Below are positions 28,923 through 39,854 of a DNA stretch of 64,000 bases, in pieces (within the stretch, counting starts at the first letter, position 1; the number at the start of each line of letters is the position of its first letter). The stretch lies in contig CDROCS010001089.1 of NCBI GenBank assembly GCA_977020255.1, forward strand, positions 62,001-126,000, read 5' to 3'. The stretch comes from Obrimoposthia wandeli. Taxonomy: Eukaryota. Below the pieces are notes generated by a model. The model did not search any database and was not told where the DNA came from. It worked only from the letters and a program-made list of their open reading frames with translations. The translations under genes were made by a program, and so were the position numbers.

Positions 28923-29849
28923 ATGAACTCATCCCAAGATAAATCGTCCTTGTTTGGCCATGCCTATTTACTACTGACTCTAGCACCACTTCTGTGGGGT
29001 GCGAATGCGGTGGTTGGCAAGCTCGCGGCAAACCAGTTAAGTGCTATTGAGCTAACTTTTTTCCGCTGGTTTTTGGCGGTGATTTTCATATTTTTCATGA
29101 CTAGGAAAAACATCATACAAGATTGGCCAGTGATTAAAAAATATTGGCGCAGGCTCTTTTTCATGGGCGCTTTCGGCTTCGTTGGATTCAACTTGAGTAT
29201 GTATAGTGCGCTGCATTATACAACCGCAATAAACGTCGCTATCGCACAAGCGGCTATTCCTATGGTGATCATTTTACTGAATAGGATTTTCTTTGCACAG
29301 GCAGTATTTGCGCTGCAGATTGTCGGTGTTGCACTGGCTATTTTCGGTGTAGTGATCACGGTTTCAAGAGGTGATTTAGCAGGCTTACTACAAGGCAATT
29401 TAAATCGCGGCGATGCAATGATGATAATTGCTGTGGCATGTTATGCACTGTACAGCCTTTCACTGCGATACAAACCCGAGATGAATGATTTCAGCTTTGT
29501 ATTTGCTCTAGCTGTCGCCTCATTGGTTATTATGTTGCCATTAATGGGTTGGAGTATCAGCGTTCAATCACTGCCACAACTAAGCTGGTCTAGCATCGCT
29601 ATTATAGTTTATATCGCGGTTTTCCCATCTTTCTATGCACAGCTTTTCTACGCCAAAGGTATCGCAAAAATAGGCGCTAATCGCGGCGGAATTTTCATCA
29701 ATTTAGTGCCCATTTTTGGTGCTATTTTAGCAGTGCTAGTATTAAATGAGCAGTTCCAATTCTATCACATGATAGGCCTATCACTCGTTCTCAGCGGCAT
29801 TGCCCTTGCCGAGTGGATAGTTAGAAAGCGCAATAAGCTCAGTGCTTAA
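28923..29849 (+). CDS. DMT (EamA) transporter
   Basis: LLWGANAVVGK, RGDAMMIIAVACYALYSL, IGANRGGIFINLVPIFG; about 10 TM segments. Confidence 0.9.
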   Translation: MNSSQDKSSLFGHAYLLLTLAPLLWGANAVVGKLAANQLSAIELTFFRWFLAVIFIFFMTRKNIIQDWPVIKKYWRRLFFMGAFGFVGFNLSMYSALHYTTAINVAIAQAAIPMVIILLNRIFFAQAVFALQIVGVALAIFGVVITVSRGDLAGLLQGNLNRGDAMMIIAVACYALYSLSLRYKPEMNDFSFVFALAVASLVIMLPLMGWSISVQSLPQLSWSSIAIIVYIAVFPSFYAQLFYAKGIAKIGANRGGIFINLVPIFGAILAVLVLNEQFQFYHMIGLSLVLSGIALAEWIVRKRNKLSA

Positions 29850-29874
29850 TGCGCGTTTTTTAGCTTCGATCTTG

Positions 29875-31062
29875 CTAACTTTTAACTTGAGCAATATTTA
29901 GGCGTTTCCACTGTACTTCAACGCCAGGTTTTGGATCAAACGGCACCAAAAATGCCAGCATCAGTGAAACGCCAGCCATTGCAGCACCAGTGTAAAAAAC
30001 CAATGCAGGTGAGCTAATCCATAACAATCCGTACAGCGCTGGTAAAACGATAGCAGCACAGTGGTTAATACTAAAGGCGACACCAGCGGTTTGGGCTAAA
30101 TCTTTTGGATCGGCAATCTTTTGAAAGTAAGTTTTTTGCGCTATCGCCATCGAAAACAGCAAATGATCAACGATATATAAAACAATGGCTATTTTAGGAT
30201 CAGCCACTACCGCATAGCTGCTAAAGATAATAATCAATCCGATATATTCAATCGTTAACGTTCTACGCTCGCCAATTTTACTAATCATTTTACCGATAAG
30301 AGGGGCAAATATGATGTTAAGCGCACCGTTGGCTAAAAACATTAAGGCGATATCTGATACTGAAAAGCCGAATTTTTCTACCATTAAAAAACCTGAAAAC
30401 ACCACAAATATCTGTCTTCTTGCCCCTCCCATGAAGGTTAACGCGTAATATAGCCAGTAGCGCTTATGTAATTTTAGCTTTTTATGTTGCTCGATTGCAC
30501 CTTCAAATTTAGGAAAAGCAAACCAGCAAAACAGCGCGATTAACATGGTCGTGGCACCGCCAATTACGTAAATGGTTTTCATCTCGAAATTCAGCATTTC
30601 CACAAATATCCAAACCATGGAAAATGCCACTAAGCTTGCTGCTGATCCTATCGCCACCATTTTTCCCATTTTATAAGGCGCTTCTTCTTTGGAAAAGAAC
30701 TGTAGCGATAGAGATTGATTTACCGTTTCATAGTAATGAAACCCCAGCGACATCAACACTGTAGTACAGTACAAACCGACTTCACTGGGGAAGTATCCCG
30801 TTAGTGCTGTCCCTAAGCCCATTACGAGCAGAGAGACGATAGCTAAGGTTTGCTCGCGAAAAACTAACAGTACAAACACTACGGTAAACGCCAGAAAACC
30901 TGGCACTTCACGCAATGATTGCAAGATACCAATTTCAACACCGGTGAAGTTTGCAGCTTCGATAGTGAAATTATTTAACAGTGATTGCCAAACACCAAAG
31001 GCTACCGGTACAGCGGCCGCCATTAGGTACAATAAAATATCAGGGCGCTTAAATCTTTGCAT
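29875..31062 (-). CDS. MFS transporter
   Basis: IGILQSLREVPGFLA, FMGGARRQIFVVF, GVAFSINH; about 12 TM segments. Confidence 0.9.
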   Translation of the reverse strand: MQRFKRPDILLYLMAAAVPVAFGVWQSLLNNFTIEAANFTGVEIGILQSLREVPGFLAFTVVFVLLVFREQTLAIVSLLVMGLGTALTGYFPSEVGLYCTTVLMSLGFHYYETVNQSLSLQFFSKEEAPYKMGKMVAIGSAASLVAFSMVWIFVEMLNFEMKTIYVIGGATTMLIALFCWFAFPKFEGAIEQHKKLKLHKRYWLYYALTFMGGARRQIFVVFSGFLMVEKFGFSVSDIALMFLANGALNIIFAPLIGKMISKIGERRTLTIEYIGLIIIFSSYAVVADPKIAIVLYIVDHLLFSMAIAQKTYFQKIADPKDLAQTAGVAFSINHCAAIVLPALYGLLWISSPALVFYTGAAMAGVSLMLAFLVPFDPKPGVEVQWKRLNIAQVKS

Positions 31063-31147
31063 TTTCTACTCCAAATGAAACTGAATATGGAAAGTTATTC
31101 CAGAGCTTTACTTTAAATCAGCCAAGATATGGCGTATATAGACTAGT

Positions 31148-31996
31148 ATGACAAAAAATATCGCACACAAGACAAAACCAGTAATTATTCAAAATCACTG
31201 GATTAGCTACCAGGGCCAACCACTGCAACCTACACAAGAAGTGCCAAGGCGGGTTTTCGTGCGCAATTCAGATGTTTACTCTGGTGGCGTAATTCCCACT
31301 CATTCTCACGCTCGAGGGCAATTACTGTTTCTAACAGAAGGCTTAGTTGAAGCTAAAATTCGCGATAGTGAAACTGACACTGCCGATACTTGGATAGTAC
31401 CTCCGCATCGTGCGGTGTGGATTCCGCCTTATTTAGAGCATGAAATTAGAGTCATTCACTCTGTCAAAATGAACAACGTTTATATTGCTCCAAAAGCCGC
31501 AGAGCATTTGCCACCCAATTGCCAGGTAGTTAATGTCAGCAATTTACTACGCGAGCTAATTATTGCCATTGCGAGCTTTAAGGCGCTTTATGATGAAACG
31601 GGTGCTGAAGGAAGATTAGTAGATGTGTTTTTAGATCAACTTAATTTATCTGAAGAAGCACCTCTGCATTTACCGATGCCAAAAACCCCCGCCTTAAAAC
31701 AAATCACCCACACCTTAATTGAACATCCTGAACAACATTTTTCGATGCTGTATTGGCAGCAGCTTCTAGGCATTAGTAGCCGCACACTAGCGCGTAAGTT
31801 TTTAGAAGAAACCAGTATGACTTACAGCCAATGGCGCCAACAAGCTAAACTGTTAAACGCATTACAACGTATTGCCCAAGGTGAAGCAGTTGCCAATATT
31901 GCGTTAGATTTAGGTTATCAAAGCCAAAGTGCTTTTATTAGCATGTTTAAAAAAGCCTTGGGAAAAACACCGGGGAAGTACTTTTTAGATAGGTAG
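31148..31996 (+). CDS. AraC-family regulator with cupin domain (NimR-like)
   Basis: HSHARGQL, WIVPPHRAVWIPP, SRTLARKF..ETSMTYSQWRQQ, IALDLGYQSQSAFISMFKK. Confidence 0.92.
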   Translation: MTKNIAHKTKPVIIQNHWISYQGQPLQPTQEVPRRVFVRNSDVYSGGVIPTHSHARGQLLFLTEGLVEAKIRDSETDTADTWIVPPHRAVWIPPYLEHEIRVIHSVKMNNVYIAPKAAEHLPPNCQVVNVSNLLRELIIAIASFKALYDETGAEGRLVDVFLDQLNLSEEAPLHLPMPKTPALKQITHTLIEHPEQHFSMLYWQQLLGISSRTLARKFLEETSMTYSQWRQQAKLLNALQRIAQGEAVANIALDLGYQSQSAFISMFKKALGKTPGKYFLDR

Positions 31997-32066
31997 TTTT
32001 ATGTGAAGTAAAATTCGCAGCGATTAAATCAGCATCATTAAGCTTTTAAAAACTCAAGGGAAGCAC

Positions 32067-32759
32067 ATGGATATTGAAGCTTACAAAAATGTTCAAAATA
32101 TGGCGAAGCAAACCCATGAGCAGCTTAGTTTATTTATAGACGTTCATGCTACTGAGCAGTCCATAGCAGCAAAAGCAAAAGAGTTACTTGCTGGTTTCGG
32201 AGCAAAAGATACTTGGTATCATGATGTGCCAGCTTTTGTGCTACTGGGTAGCAGAAGCTGTTTGTCTATTTCTGGTAGAGACTATCATCCATCTAACGAA
32301 GAAGTTGGGAAAACTAATTTAGTGACTGTTGATCTCAGTCCGATGGTGGGTAACTTATGGGGGGATTGTGCCAGATCCTATTTTATTGAAAATGGAGTTG
32401 TCACCAGAAACCCTCAATCAGCTGAGTTTCTAGAGGGTAATGCTATCGAAGAAGAGCTGCACCACCGTATGCAAGTTTTTGTAAAATCTGAAACACTTTT
32501 TTCTGAATTATATGCATTTGGTAACGCGCAAATAAAAGCGCTGGGCTATGAAAACCTCGACTTCCTAGGTAATTTAGGTCACAGCATAGAAACGGATCCA
32601 GCTAAAAGGCGCTTTATTGATAAAAGCTGTCACGAGCAATTAGGCCATATGAAATTATTTACTTTTGAACCCCACGTTAGAAAATCAGGTTGTAATTGGG
32701 GGTTTAAACATGAAAATATCTATTATTTTGATGCTAATGGCCGTGCTGTTGAACTTTAA
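32067..32759 (+). CDS. M24-family metallopeptidase (short aminopeptidase P/MetAP-like)
   Basis: Metal ligands visible: VDLSP, WGDCARS, GNLGHSI, FTFEPH, GFKHENI. Confidence 0.82.
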   Translation: MDIEAYKNVQNMAKQTHEQLSLFIDVHATEQSIAAKAKELLAGFGAKDTWYHDVPAFVLLGSRSCLSISGRDYHPSNEEVGKTNLVTVDLSPMVGNLWGDCARSYFIENGVVTRNPQSAEFLEGNAIEEELHHRMQVFVKSETLFSELYAFGNAQIKALGYENLDFLGNLGHSIETDPAKRRFIDKSCHEQLGHMKLFTFEPHVRKSGCNWGFKHENIYYFDANGRAVEL

Positions 32760-32860
32760 TATAACCCAACCGCTAAAAATGTTGCATGATTGGCTCTAGT
32801 AGCTAGAACGCTTCTCGAGCCCTTAAAAGTTTGTGAATACATAAAGTAATAGCTTCTAGC

Positions 32861-33112
32861 TTATTCTTGCTTATTTATCTGCGCTTCTAACAAATCAAAA
32901 CGCTTTTCTAACGCTTCTACTTTTTCTCTCGTGCGCCCTAGTACTGCCGCCTGCGCATCAAATTCATCTCTAGTGACCAGATCTAACTTAGACAATGCAT
33001 TTTGCAATAAACTTTTGATCTGATCTTGGCCAGGTAGGGTACTGCCCTTTGGCAAGTTATTAACTAGTGTTGAAAATTGCTGCGATAGCCCTTCAATAAA
33101 TTTCTCGTTCAT
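32861..33112 (-). CDS. ubiK: Ubiquinone biosynthesis accessory factor UbiK
   Basis: LQNALSKLDLVTRDEFDAQAAVLGRTREKVEALEKR. Confidence 0.92.
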   Translation of the reverse strand: MNEKFIEGLSQQFSTLVNNLPKGSTLPGQDQIKSLLQNALSKLDLVTRDEFDAQAAVLGRTREKVEALEKRFDLLEAQINKQE

Positions 33113-33293
33113 AGATCGTGATCCTTAGATTAAATTTAGTCTCCCAACGGTTCTTCAGAGATCTAATATGCTTAATTATTGATAAATTATAGCATAACGC
33201 ACCGGTCAATAAACTAGTTAAAAACAACCTCTAGCTTCGTTTAGCGCTATTAAAAACCGCCTGCTATGCATTTGCATTTAAGCTGTATTTTTT

Positions 33294-33310
33294 TGCACTA
33301 AAAAAGTGCA
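33294..33310. promoter_or_regulatory. NtrC-type enhancer site
   Basis: TGCAC-N7-GTGCA about 80 bp upstream of the sigma54 promoter of amt. Confidence 0.75.
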
Positions 33311-33391
33311 AATGATATTTATTTGCATCTTATTAAGGAGTTCTCGATTCACTATCCATTTAACTCTTTGATTATTATCAGTTTAATTAGT

Positions 33392-33407
33392 TGGCACGTT
33401 ACTCGCT
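33392..33407 (+). promoter_or_regulatory. sigma54 (-24/-12) promoter of amt-glnK
   Basis: TGGCAC-GTTAC-TCGCT; GG and GC at canonical spacing. Confidence 0.75.
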
Positions 33408-33458
33408 ATAAGAATGATGATTATTTGCTTTTTATTTTTAATACTACTGGAGATTACT

Positions 33459-34721
33459 ATGGAGTCGTTAGTTAGCAACTTAAGTGCTGACCTTACCCAA
33501 TTAAAGTACGCCTTAGACACTTTTTATTTTCTGATGTGCGGTGCTTTAGTAATGTGGATGGCAGCAGGTTTTGCTATGTTAGAAGCGGGTTTAGTCAGGG
33601 CTAAAAATACCACTGAAATTTTAACCAAAAATATTTCGCTATACGCAATAGCCTGCACCATGTATCTACTTTGTGGATACGAAATCATGTACAGCTCACC
33701 CGAAAACGGCATCATCCCAAGCTTAGGATTTTTGATCGGAGCTGAAAATACTTTAGATGATGCATTAGCGACCAGTGATGCACCCTATTATTCAGCACGC
33801 TCAGACTTTTTCTTCCAAGTTGTTTTTGTAGCCACTGCGATGTCAATTGTCTCTGGTGCGGTTGCTGAGCGTATGAAGCTAACGGCGTTCCTACTTTTTT
33901 GTGTGGTAATGACAGGCTTTATCTATCCAATAAGTGGTTATTGGACATGGGGTAGCGGCTTCTTAAAAACAGCAGGATTCTCTGATTTTGCAGGTTCTGG
34001 CATCGTGCATATGGCCGGTGCAGCTGCGGCTTTAGCCGGAGTTTTATTATTAGGCGCTCGCAAAGGAAAATATACTGCTAGTGGCAAAATCAATGCTATT
34101 CCCGGCGCTAACTTACCGCTTGCTACTTTAGGTACTTTTATTTTGTGGCTAGGTTGGTTTGGCTTTAATGGCGGATCTGAGCTAAAACTTTCAGACGTTG
34201 GCGAGGCAAACTCTGTGGCACAGATATTTGTCAACACTAACGCAGCGGCCGCCGGTGGTGTTATTGCCGCGCTATTCACTGCCAGATTATTATTTAATAA
34301 AACAGACCTCACCATGATTCTCAACGGTGCTTTGGCAGGGTTAGTGGCAATCACTGCTGATCCGCTATCACCCGATGCCTTAAGTTCTGTGCTAATTGGA
34401 GCGGTAGCAGGTGTGTTAGTCGTCTTCTCAATTTTAGCCTTGGATAAGTTGCGAATTGATGACCCCGTTGGTGCCATATCGGTACACGGCGTAGTGGGTA
34501 TTTGGGGGTTATTAGCTGTGCCTATTCACAATACTGAGGCTTCTTTATTAGTGCAAATCTACGGAATTGTAGTCATTTTTGGTTGGTGTTTTATTGCAAG
34601 CCTAGCCGTTTGGAAACTTTTACAGCTAACCATGGGGATTCGTGTTAGCACTGAAGAAGAGTTTTTAGGTAGCGATATTAGCGAATGTGGTATGGATGCA
34701 TATCCTGAATTTCAAAGATAA
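33459..34721 (+). CDS. amtB: Ammonium transporter
   Basis: FFQVVF, SGAVAER, DFAGSGIVH, WFGFNGGS, IDDPVGAISVHG (twin His present); start moved to ATG 33459 after a GGAG RBS. Confidence 0.95.
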   Translation: MESLVSNLSADLTQLKYALDTFYFLMCGALVMWMAAGFAMLEAGLVRAKNTTEILTKNISLYAIACTMYLLCGYEIMYSSPENGIIPSLGFLIGAENTLDDALATSDAPYYSARSDFFFQVVFVATAMSIVSGAVAERMKLTAFLLFCVVMTGFIYPISGYWTWGSGFLKTAGFSDFAGSGIVHMAGAAAALAGVLLLGARKGKYTASGKINAIPGANLPLATLGTFILWLGWFGFNGGSELKLSDVGEANSVAQIFVNTNAAAAGGVIAALFTARLLFNKTDLTMILNGALAGLVAITADPLSPDALSSVLIGAVAGVLVVFSILALDKLRIDDPVGAISVHGVVGIWGLLAVPIHNTEASLLVQIYGIVVIFGWCFIASLAVWKLLQLTMGIRVSTEEEFLGSDISECGMDAYPEFQR

Positions 34722-34862
34722 ATCTATTTTTTATGCACGGCTTTGGCCGTTAATGTATTGAAAAATTGGATCATTACCTGTGTTTGTGGCATAAAGTTCA
34801 GTATACTTATGCCCTTTTTAAAGTTATGACTTTAAAAAAACGCATTAAGTGATCCAATCTAA

Positions 34863-35216
<354 letters not shown>

Positions 35217-35238
35217 ACTATTCAGTATTTGTCTTTAC

Positions 35239-35274
35239 CAATAAGTATTCAGCTGACAAGCTGAATACTTATTG
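35239..35274. terminator. Bidirectional hairpin between convergent glnK and sensor kinase
   Basis: Perfect 15-bp stem CAATAAGTATTCAGC/GCTGAATACTTATTG with a 6-nt loop. Confidence 0.75.
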
Positions 35275-35321
35275 CCTGAGCTATTTTACAAACCCTTCTA
35301 TTATCATTTCTCCTCTTACCA

Positions 35322-36665
35322 TTACAGCATCGCTGCTTTTTGTTCTGTACTGGCTAATTGTAAAGATAAGTTTACGCGTAGACCGCTTGGTTGAACAGAC
35401 TCTACCGTTAAGCTGCCTTGTTGTGCTTGCATTGCCTGTTTAGCAATCCCCAAACCTAAACCATGGCCATCAATATTAGTATCTAACCTAAAAAAAGGAT
35501 CACATAGATTGGCTAAAGCAGCCGCTGGCACACCAGGTCCGTTATCTTCAATACTAATCAATAAGCGCTTTTTATCTGGATTAGCTAGTTTGACAGTCAG
35601 GGCGGTCCCTTTCGGGGTGTGCTTCAAACTATTACCTAAAACATTACTGACAGCACGCTCTAATAAAGCGCTGGAGCATAGCGCTATGCATTGAGTTCCC
35701 TGTTCTATACGGACATTAATTTGACGATCGCCGTCATCAAACTGGCTATCAGCTACAATATTTTCAATCACAGGGCAAACGTCAATCACCGAATTAGCAT
35801 GCTGATTTTGTTGCAACTTAGCTAATGAGAGTAATTCATTAATCAGCAAATCTAGTCGTTCGCACTCTAGCTGAATTTGCTTAAGTGCTTTAGAGTCACG
35901 TCCTATTTGCTGCTCTACAATGCCACTCGCGGCCAACAACCTAGCTAAAGGCGCGCGCAGTTCATGGGATACATTTTGAAACAACCGCTGCTGACTTTTC
36001 AAAGTACCTTCAACGTATTCTGCCATTTGATTGAACTCGCGCGCGAAATCACCTATCTCATCCCCTCTTCGCGTTAATTTATCTTCTACCCGCACGCTAA
36101 ACTCGCCATCTTTTAAACGTTGCACATGTGTACGCAATTTATTCATTGGTATTACCACAATAGCACTGACGATAAAGCTAGCTAGCGTGGCACTTAATAG
36201 GATCAATAATGCTTGCACTGAAAAGATAAAACCTTGCCAGCTTTTTAAACTGTGACGTTTTGTCTTCAGATAATATTCTATGTCATAGCGCTTACCTGAT
36301 TCAGAGACTAGCTCCAACTCAATTTTCTCTCCTCTAGGTTTCTTTCCCCCTCCAAGTATTCTTTTCCCTTGCTCATCATGGACTATAATGAATGGCAAGC
36401 TCTTACGCATCATGGGCCAATGCTCATTTGTGTGTTCTTTAAAACTCTTTTTCCTATTTTTTAACTGTTTTCTAAACTCAGTATTGTTTTCATAGCGATC
36501 AATAAACCGCTCTAGTTGAAGACGCACTTGATAGTCGATTTTCGCTTTAAAATTATCTTCATCCGCCAGTTCCCCTATCACTAACACGGTGATCATCATT
36601 ACCATAAAGCTAGAGAGCCACAGTGAGAGGAACACTTTCCAGAAAAGGCGATTTAATCTAAACAT
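35322..36665 (-). CDS. cpxA: Sensor histidine kinase, CpxA-like
   Basis: 2 TM + HAMP (RGDEIGDFAREFNQMA), H-box VSHELRAPL, N-box NVLGNSLKH, DNGPGV, GHGLGL; start moved to ATG 36665. Confidence 0.8.
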   Translation of the reverse strand: MFRLNRLFWKVFLSLWLSSFMVMMITVLVIGELADEDNFKAKIDYQVRLQLERFIDRYENNTEFRKQLKNRKKSFKEHTNEHWPMMRKSLPFIIVHDEQGKRILGGGKKPRGEKIELELVSESGKRYDIEYYLKTKRHSLKSWQGFIFSVQALLILLSATLASFIVSAIVVIPMNKLRTHVQRLKDGEFSVRVEDKLTRRGDEIGDFAREFNQMAEYVEGTLKSQQRLFQNVSHELRAPLARLLAASGIVEQQIGRDSKALKQIQLECERLDLLINELLSLAKLQQNQHANSVIDVCPVIENIVADSQFDDGDRQINVRIEQGTQCIALCSSALLERAVSNVLGNSLKHTPKGTALTVKLANPDKKRLLISIEDNGPGVPAAALANLCDPFFRLDTNIDGHGLGLGIAKQAMQAQQGSLTVESVQPSGLRVNLSLQLASTEQKAAML

Positions 36666-37389
36666 TAGTTGATCCAGTATGATTTGCACTATTGTCGAGG
36701 ATAAATAAATACCCTTCACCGCGCACTGTTTTAATTATGTCCTTATCCTCGAGTAACAAAGCTAGCTTTTGACGTACTCTAGATAAATGTACATCGATAG
36801 AGCGATCATAAGCGGTTAATGCGCGATGCAATACTTTTTGCGTTAGCTCGCCTTTACTGACGACCACGCCTGGGCTTAGCATTAGTTGATGTAATACATT
36901 AAATTCTGCACTGGTTAGCTCTAATATCTGTGCTGCTACTTTTACTTCTCGAGTACTAGGGTTAAGAGAGATCCCCATCAACTCAATGCTGCTCCTAGTT
37001 TCTTTTGAAGGCGCTTTTTGGTTAGAGCGTCTCAAAACAGCTTTAATCCGTGCTAATAACTCCCGAGGATTACAAGGTTTCGACATATAGTCATCAGCGC
37101 CCATCTCAAGGCCTAAAATTCTATCTATATCACCCCCTTTTCCAGTTAACATAATCACTGGCAAGGTGGTGCTAGGACGTATTTGTTGCAACAAATCTAA
37201 GCCCGATATTCCCGGCATCATAATATCGAACACCGCTATATCAAATGCATGTTCTGCATTAAGTATTTGCAGTGCTTGCTCAGCGTTGTCGGCAATGGTA
37301 ACCACAATCCCTTCATAAGTTAGATATTGCGATAACAGGCCACTCAACTCTTTATCATCGTCGACTATCAGTAACTTAATGTGTTGCAT
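36658..37389 (-). CDS. cpxR: OmpR-family response regulator, CpxR-like
   Basis: LLIVDDD, FDIMMPG, LEMGADDYMSKP, LTSAEFNVL, YDRSIDVHLSRVRQKL. Confidence 0.82.
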   Translation of the reverse strand: MQHIKLLIVDDDKELSGLLSQYLTYEGIVVTIADNAEQALQILNAEHAFDIAVFDIMMPGISGLDLLQQIRPSTTLPVIMLTGKGGDIDRILGLEMGADDYMSKPCNPRELLARIKAVLRRSNQKAPSKETRSSIELMGISLNPSTREVKVAAQILELTSAEFNVLHQLMLSPGVVVSKGELTQKVLHRALTAYDRSIDVHLSRVRQKLALLLEDKDIIKTVRGEGYLFILDNSANHTGSTNV

Positions 37390-37517
37390 GCTTACCCCTT
37401 TACTTTAATTCTATTGTTTATCTTTAGCTGATAAGAGGCTGCTGAAGTGAACATTCAGCTTCTGCTCCCTTAGCACTAGTCCTAGTATATCCCGCTAATA
37501 AGGACTAAATACTGCCT

Positions 37518-37532
37518 TTACACAACTTTACA
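37518..37532 (-). promoter_or_regulatory. CpxR-type binding site
   Basis: GTAAA-GTTGT-GTAAA on the minus strand (TTTAC-N5-TTTAC), between the regulator and the spy/cpxP gene. Confidence 0.7.
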
Positions 37533-37614
37533 TTATCGTAACCCTACTTAGCACTTGCTAAAGGCATACTAGGCTCATCAAGTAACTCACAGCATTATAT
37601 TTTGGAGAAACAAC

Positions 37615-38142
37615 ATGAAAACTAAAAACATCACATTGCTTGCTATACCTGCTTTTATATTAGCGACAACTTTTTCAGCTGTTCAAGCATCAGAAAAAAA
37701 ACATAATTTTGGTGGCAATAACCACTGCGAATATAGTGAAAATTCTGAGGGAGGCAATAAAGGAAAGCACGGTAAAAAAGGGTATAACTCAGAAAGAAAA
37801 CTGGCCAAGTTAACCAAAAAGCTTAACTTAACTGACGATCAGCAGAACAAGCTAAAGGCACTATTTAGTGAGCAAAAAGAATCCCGTATGGCGAAATCAG
37901 CACAACGTAAAGCACTTCACCAATCGATTCGTGACTTAGATATTAACGCTGCTGATTACAGCTCAAAACTAGCAACGGTTAAGCAACAGGCAGGTTTAGC
38001 TGCACAAGGAAAAGTTGATAACATGATGTCTATGCGTCAAAAAATGCAGGAGATACTCACTGCTGAACAGCTTAAAAAGATGCAAGATATGCAAGGCGAG
38101 AGAGGCGAAAAGCACGGTAAAGGTAATAATAAAACAAGTTAA
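37615..38142 (+). CDS. cpxP: Spy/CpxP-family periplasmic chaperone
   Basis: Signal peptide; LTxxQ motifs LNLTDDQQ and ILTAEQ; divergent from the two-component system. Confidence 0.8.
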   Translation: MKTKNITLLAIPAFILATTFSAVQASEKKHNFGGNNHCEYSENSEGGNKGKHGKKGYNSERKLAKLTKKLNLTDDQQNKLKALFSEQKESRMAKSAQRKALHQSIRDLDINAADYSSKLATVKQQAGLAAQGKVDNMMSMRQKMQEILTAEQLKKMQDMQGERGEKHGKGNNKTS

Positions 38143-38164
38143 AAGATAAACAGTAAAAAAGAAG

Positions 38165-38189
38165 AAAGGGCGCTTAATGCGCCCTTTTT
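38165..38189. terminator. Bidirectional Rho-independent terminator
   Basis: AAAGGGCGC-TTAAT-GCGCCCTTT with A/T runs on both sides, between convergent genes. Confidence 0.85.
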
Positions 38190-38237
38190 ATATTCAAAAC
38201 CTACCAGTCAATCATTCTTTGATTGATTGATACATCA

Positions 38238-39854
38238 TTAAGGATTGATGATTTCAGGTCCCATAATGCTGTAAGGTAGCGCTGTAGATAGCCACGGAAC
38301 ATAAGTAACGATAATCAAAAACAGCATTAACACTAACATGAATGGCGTTGCTGCTTTAACCACTTTAGATAAGCTCATTCCGGTAATAGCTGAAGTTACA
38401 AATAGGTTTAATCCTATCGGTGGTGTAATCATGCCTATCTCCATATTCACGATCATGATAATCCCTAAGTGGATAGGATCAATCCCTAATTCCATCGCTA
38501 TTGGAAATACAATAGGCGCTACAATTAATAGCAATCCTGAAGGCTCCATAAACTGACCGCCTAATAACAGCAAAATGTTAACGGCTATCAAGAAAGTAAA
38601 CCAATTAAACCCAACCCCTAACATCCACTCGGTAACCATTTGCGGAATGCGTTCTTCAGAAATGGTATGCGCAAATAACAAAGCATTCGCGATGATAAAC
38701 ATCAGCATCAAGGTCGTTTTAGTACCCGCTAACATTACATCACGGGTATCTTTACTATAAAGGGCTGGCAAAAATAGCTTACCTAATAACAATAAATTTC
38801 GCCCCCACACCAGCATACCGGCACCGATGGCTGCAATAATAGGTACGCCTGCTTTGTTGCCGCGCTTATATATGTAAAAAATACTTAACGCGATACCCGA
38901 TAATCCGCCCCACAAGGCTCGATCTGCCGCAGTGATTGTTTGTGAATCCGCTGTGGCGAAGAATGACATTATCATCCACACTAAGAAAAACGAGAAGCCG
39001 TAAACTAAACCATTAAAGCCAATACGTGCCGTGCTAGAATCGGCTTCGCTTACCCAGCGAATACCTTGTAAAGGCCCCATATCTCGATAGACGAACAAGG
39101 CGATAAATATAGAGTAAATCGCTGCAACAGCGGCCGCTTCTGTCGGTGTAAATGCACCGCCATAAATGCCGCCCATAATAATCACGATTAAAAACAACCC
39201 CCAGCCAGCTTCCTTGCCCCCTTGAACAATAGCGCCAAAACCTTTCCAAGGCTCGGATGGCAGTTTTTTAATACGCGCCACGACGTAGATCGCGAGCATC
39301 AACATAAAACCGGCCAATAGGCCTGGAATCACACCAGCTAAAAACATACGCCCTACTGACACTTCAGTGGCTGATGCATAAACCACCATCACGATGGAAG
39401 GTGGAATTAATATCCCCAAAGTACCTGCATTTGCGATGATCCCTGAGGCAAACTCTTTTGAGTACCCCACTTGGCGCATACCTACAATTGCAATACTGCC
39501 GATAGCTACAACTGTCGCCGGAGATGAGCCAGATAATGCGGCAAACATCATACAGGCCAATACCGATGCCATCGCTAAACCGCCACGAAAATGACCTACA
39601 CAGGCAATTGCAAAGTTAATTAAGCGTTTAGCCACGCCCCCTGTAGACATAAATGAAGAGGCTAGTATAAAAAAGGGAATCGCCAATAACGTATAATGCT
39701 GACCCGCACCAAACAGAGAAATAGCGACAGAGGTTAGCTTTGCGTCTGACACAAAGGTAATAAATAGAATTGAAGATAACCCCAATGAGATACCGACAGG
39801 TATTCCCAAAAAGAGTAAGCACAAGACTAGTCCAAATAAAATAATAGGTTCCAC
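38238..39854 (-). CDS. dctM: TRAP transporter large permease
   Basis: LLAIPFFILA, SGSSPATVVAIG, GTLGILIPPSI, GGAFTPTEAAAVA, GMITPPIGLNLFV. Confidence 0.95.
   Translation of the reverse strand: MEPIILFGLVLCLLFLGIPVGISLGLSSILFITFVSDAKLTSVAISLFGAGQHYTLLAIPFFILASSFMSTGGVAKRLINFAIACVGHFRGGLAMASVLACMMFAALSGSSPATVVAIGSIAIVGMRQVGYSKEFASGIIANAGTLGILIPPSIVMVVYASATEVSVGRMFLAGVIPGLLAGFMLMLAIYVVARIKKLPSEPWKGFGAIVQGGKEAGWGLFLIVIIMGGIYGGAFTPTEAAAVAAIYSIFIALFVYRDMGPLQGIRWVSEADSSTARIGFNGLVYGFSFFLVWMIMSFFATADSQTITAADRALWGGLSGIALSIFYIYKRGNKAGVPIIAAIGAGMLVWGRNLLLLGKLFLPALYSKDTRDVMLAGTKTTLMLMFIIANALLFAHTISEERIPQMVTEWMLGVGFNWFTFLIAVNILLLLGGQFMEPSGLLLIVAPIVFPIAMELGIDPIHLGIIMIVNMEIGMITPPIGLNLFVTSAITGMSLSKVVKAATPFMLVLMLFLIIVTYVPWLSTALPYSIMGPEIINP

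Noticed and set aside
28552-29031. 159-aa minus-strand ORF between the CARF nuclease and the DMT gene
   Set aside because: It overlaps both real genes in antisense, has no recognisable motif and no RBS; likely spurious.
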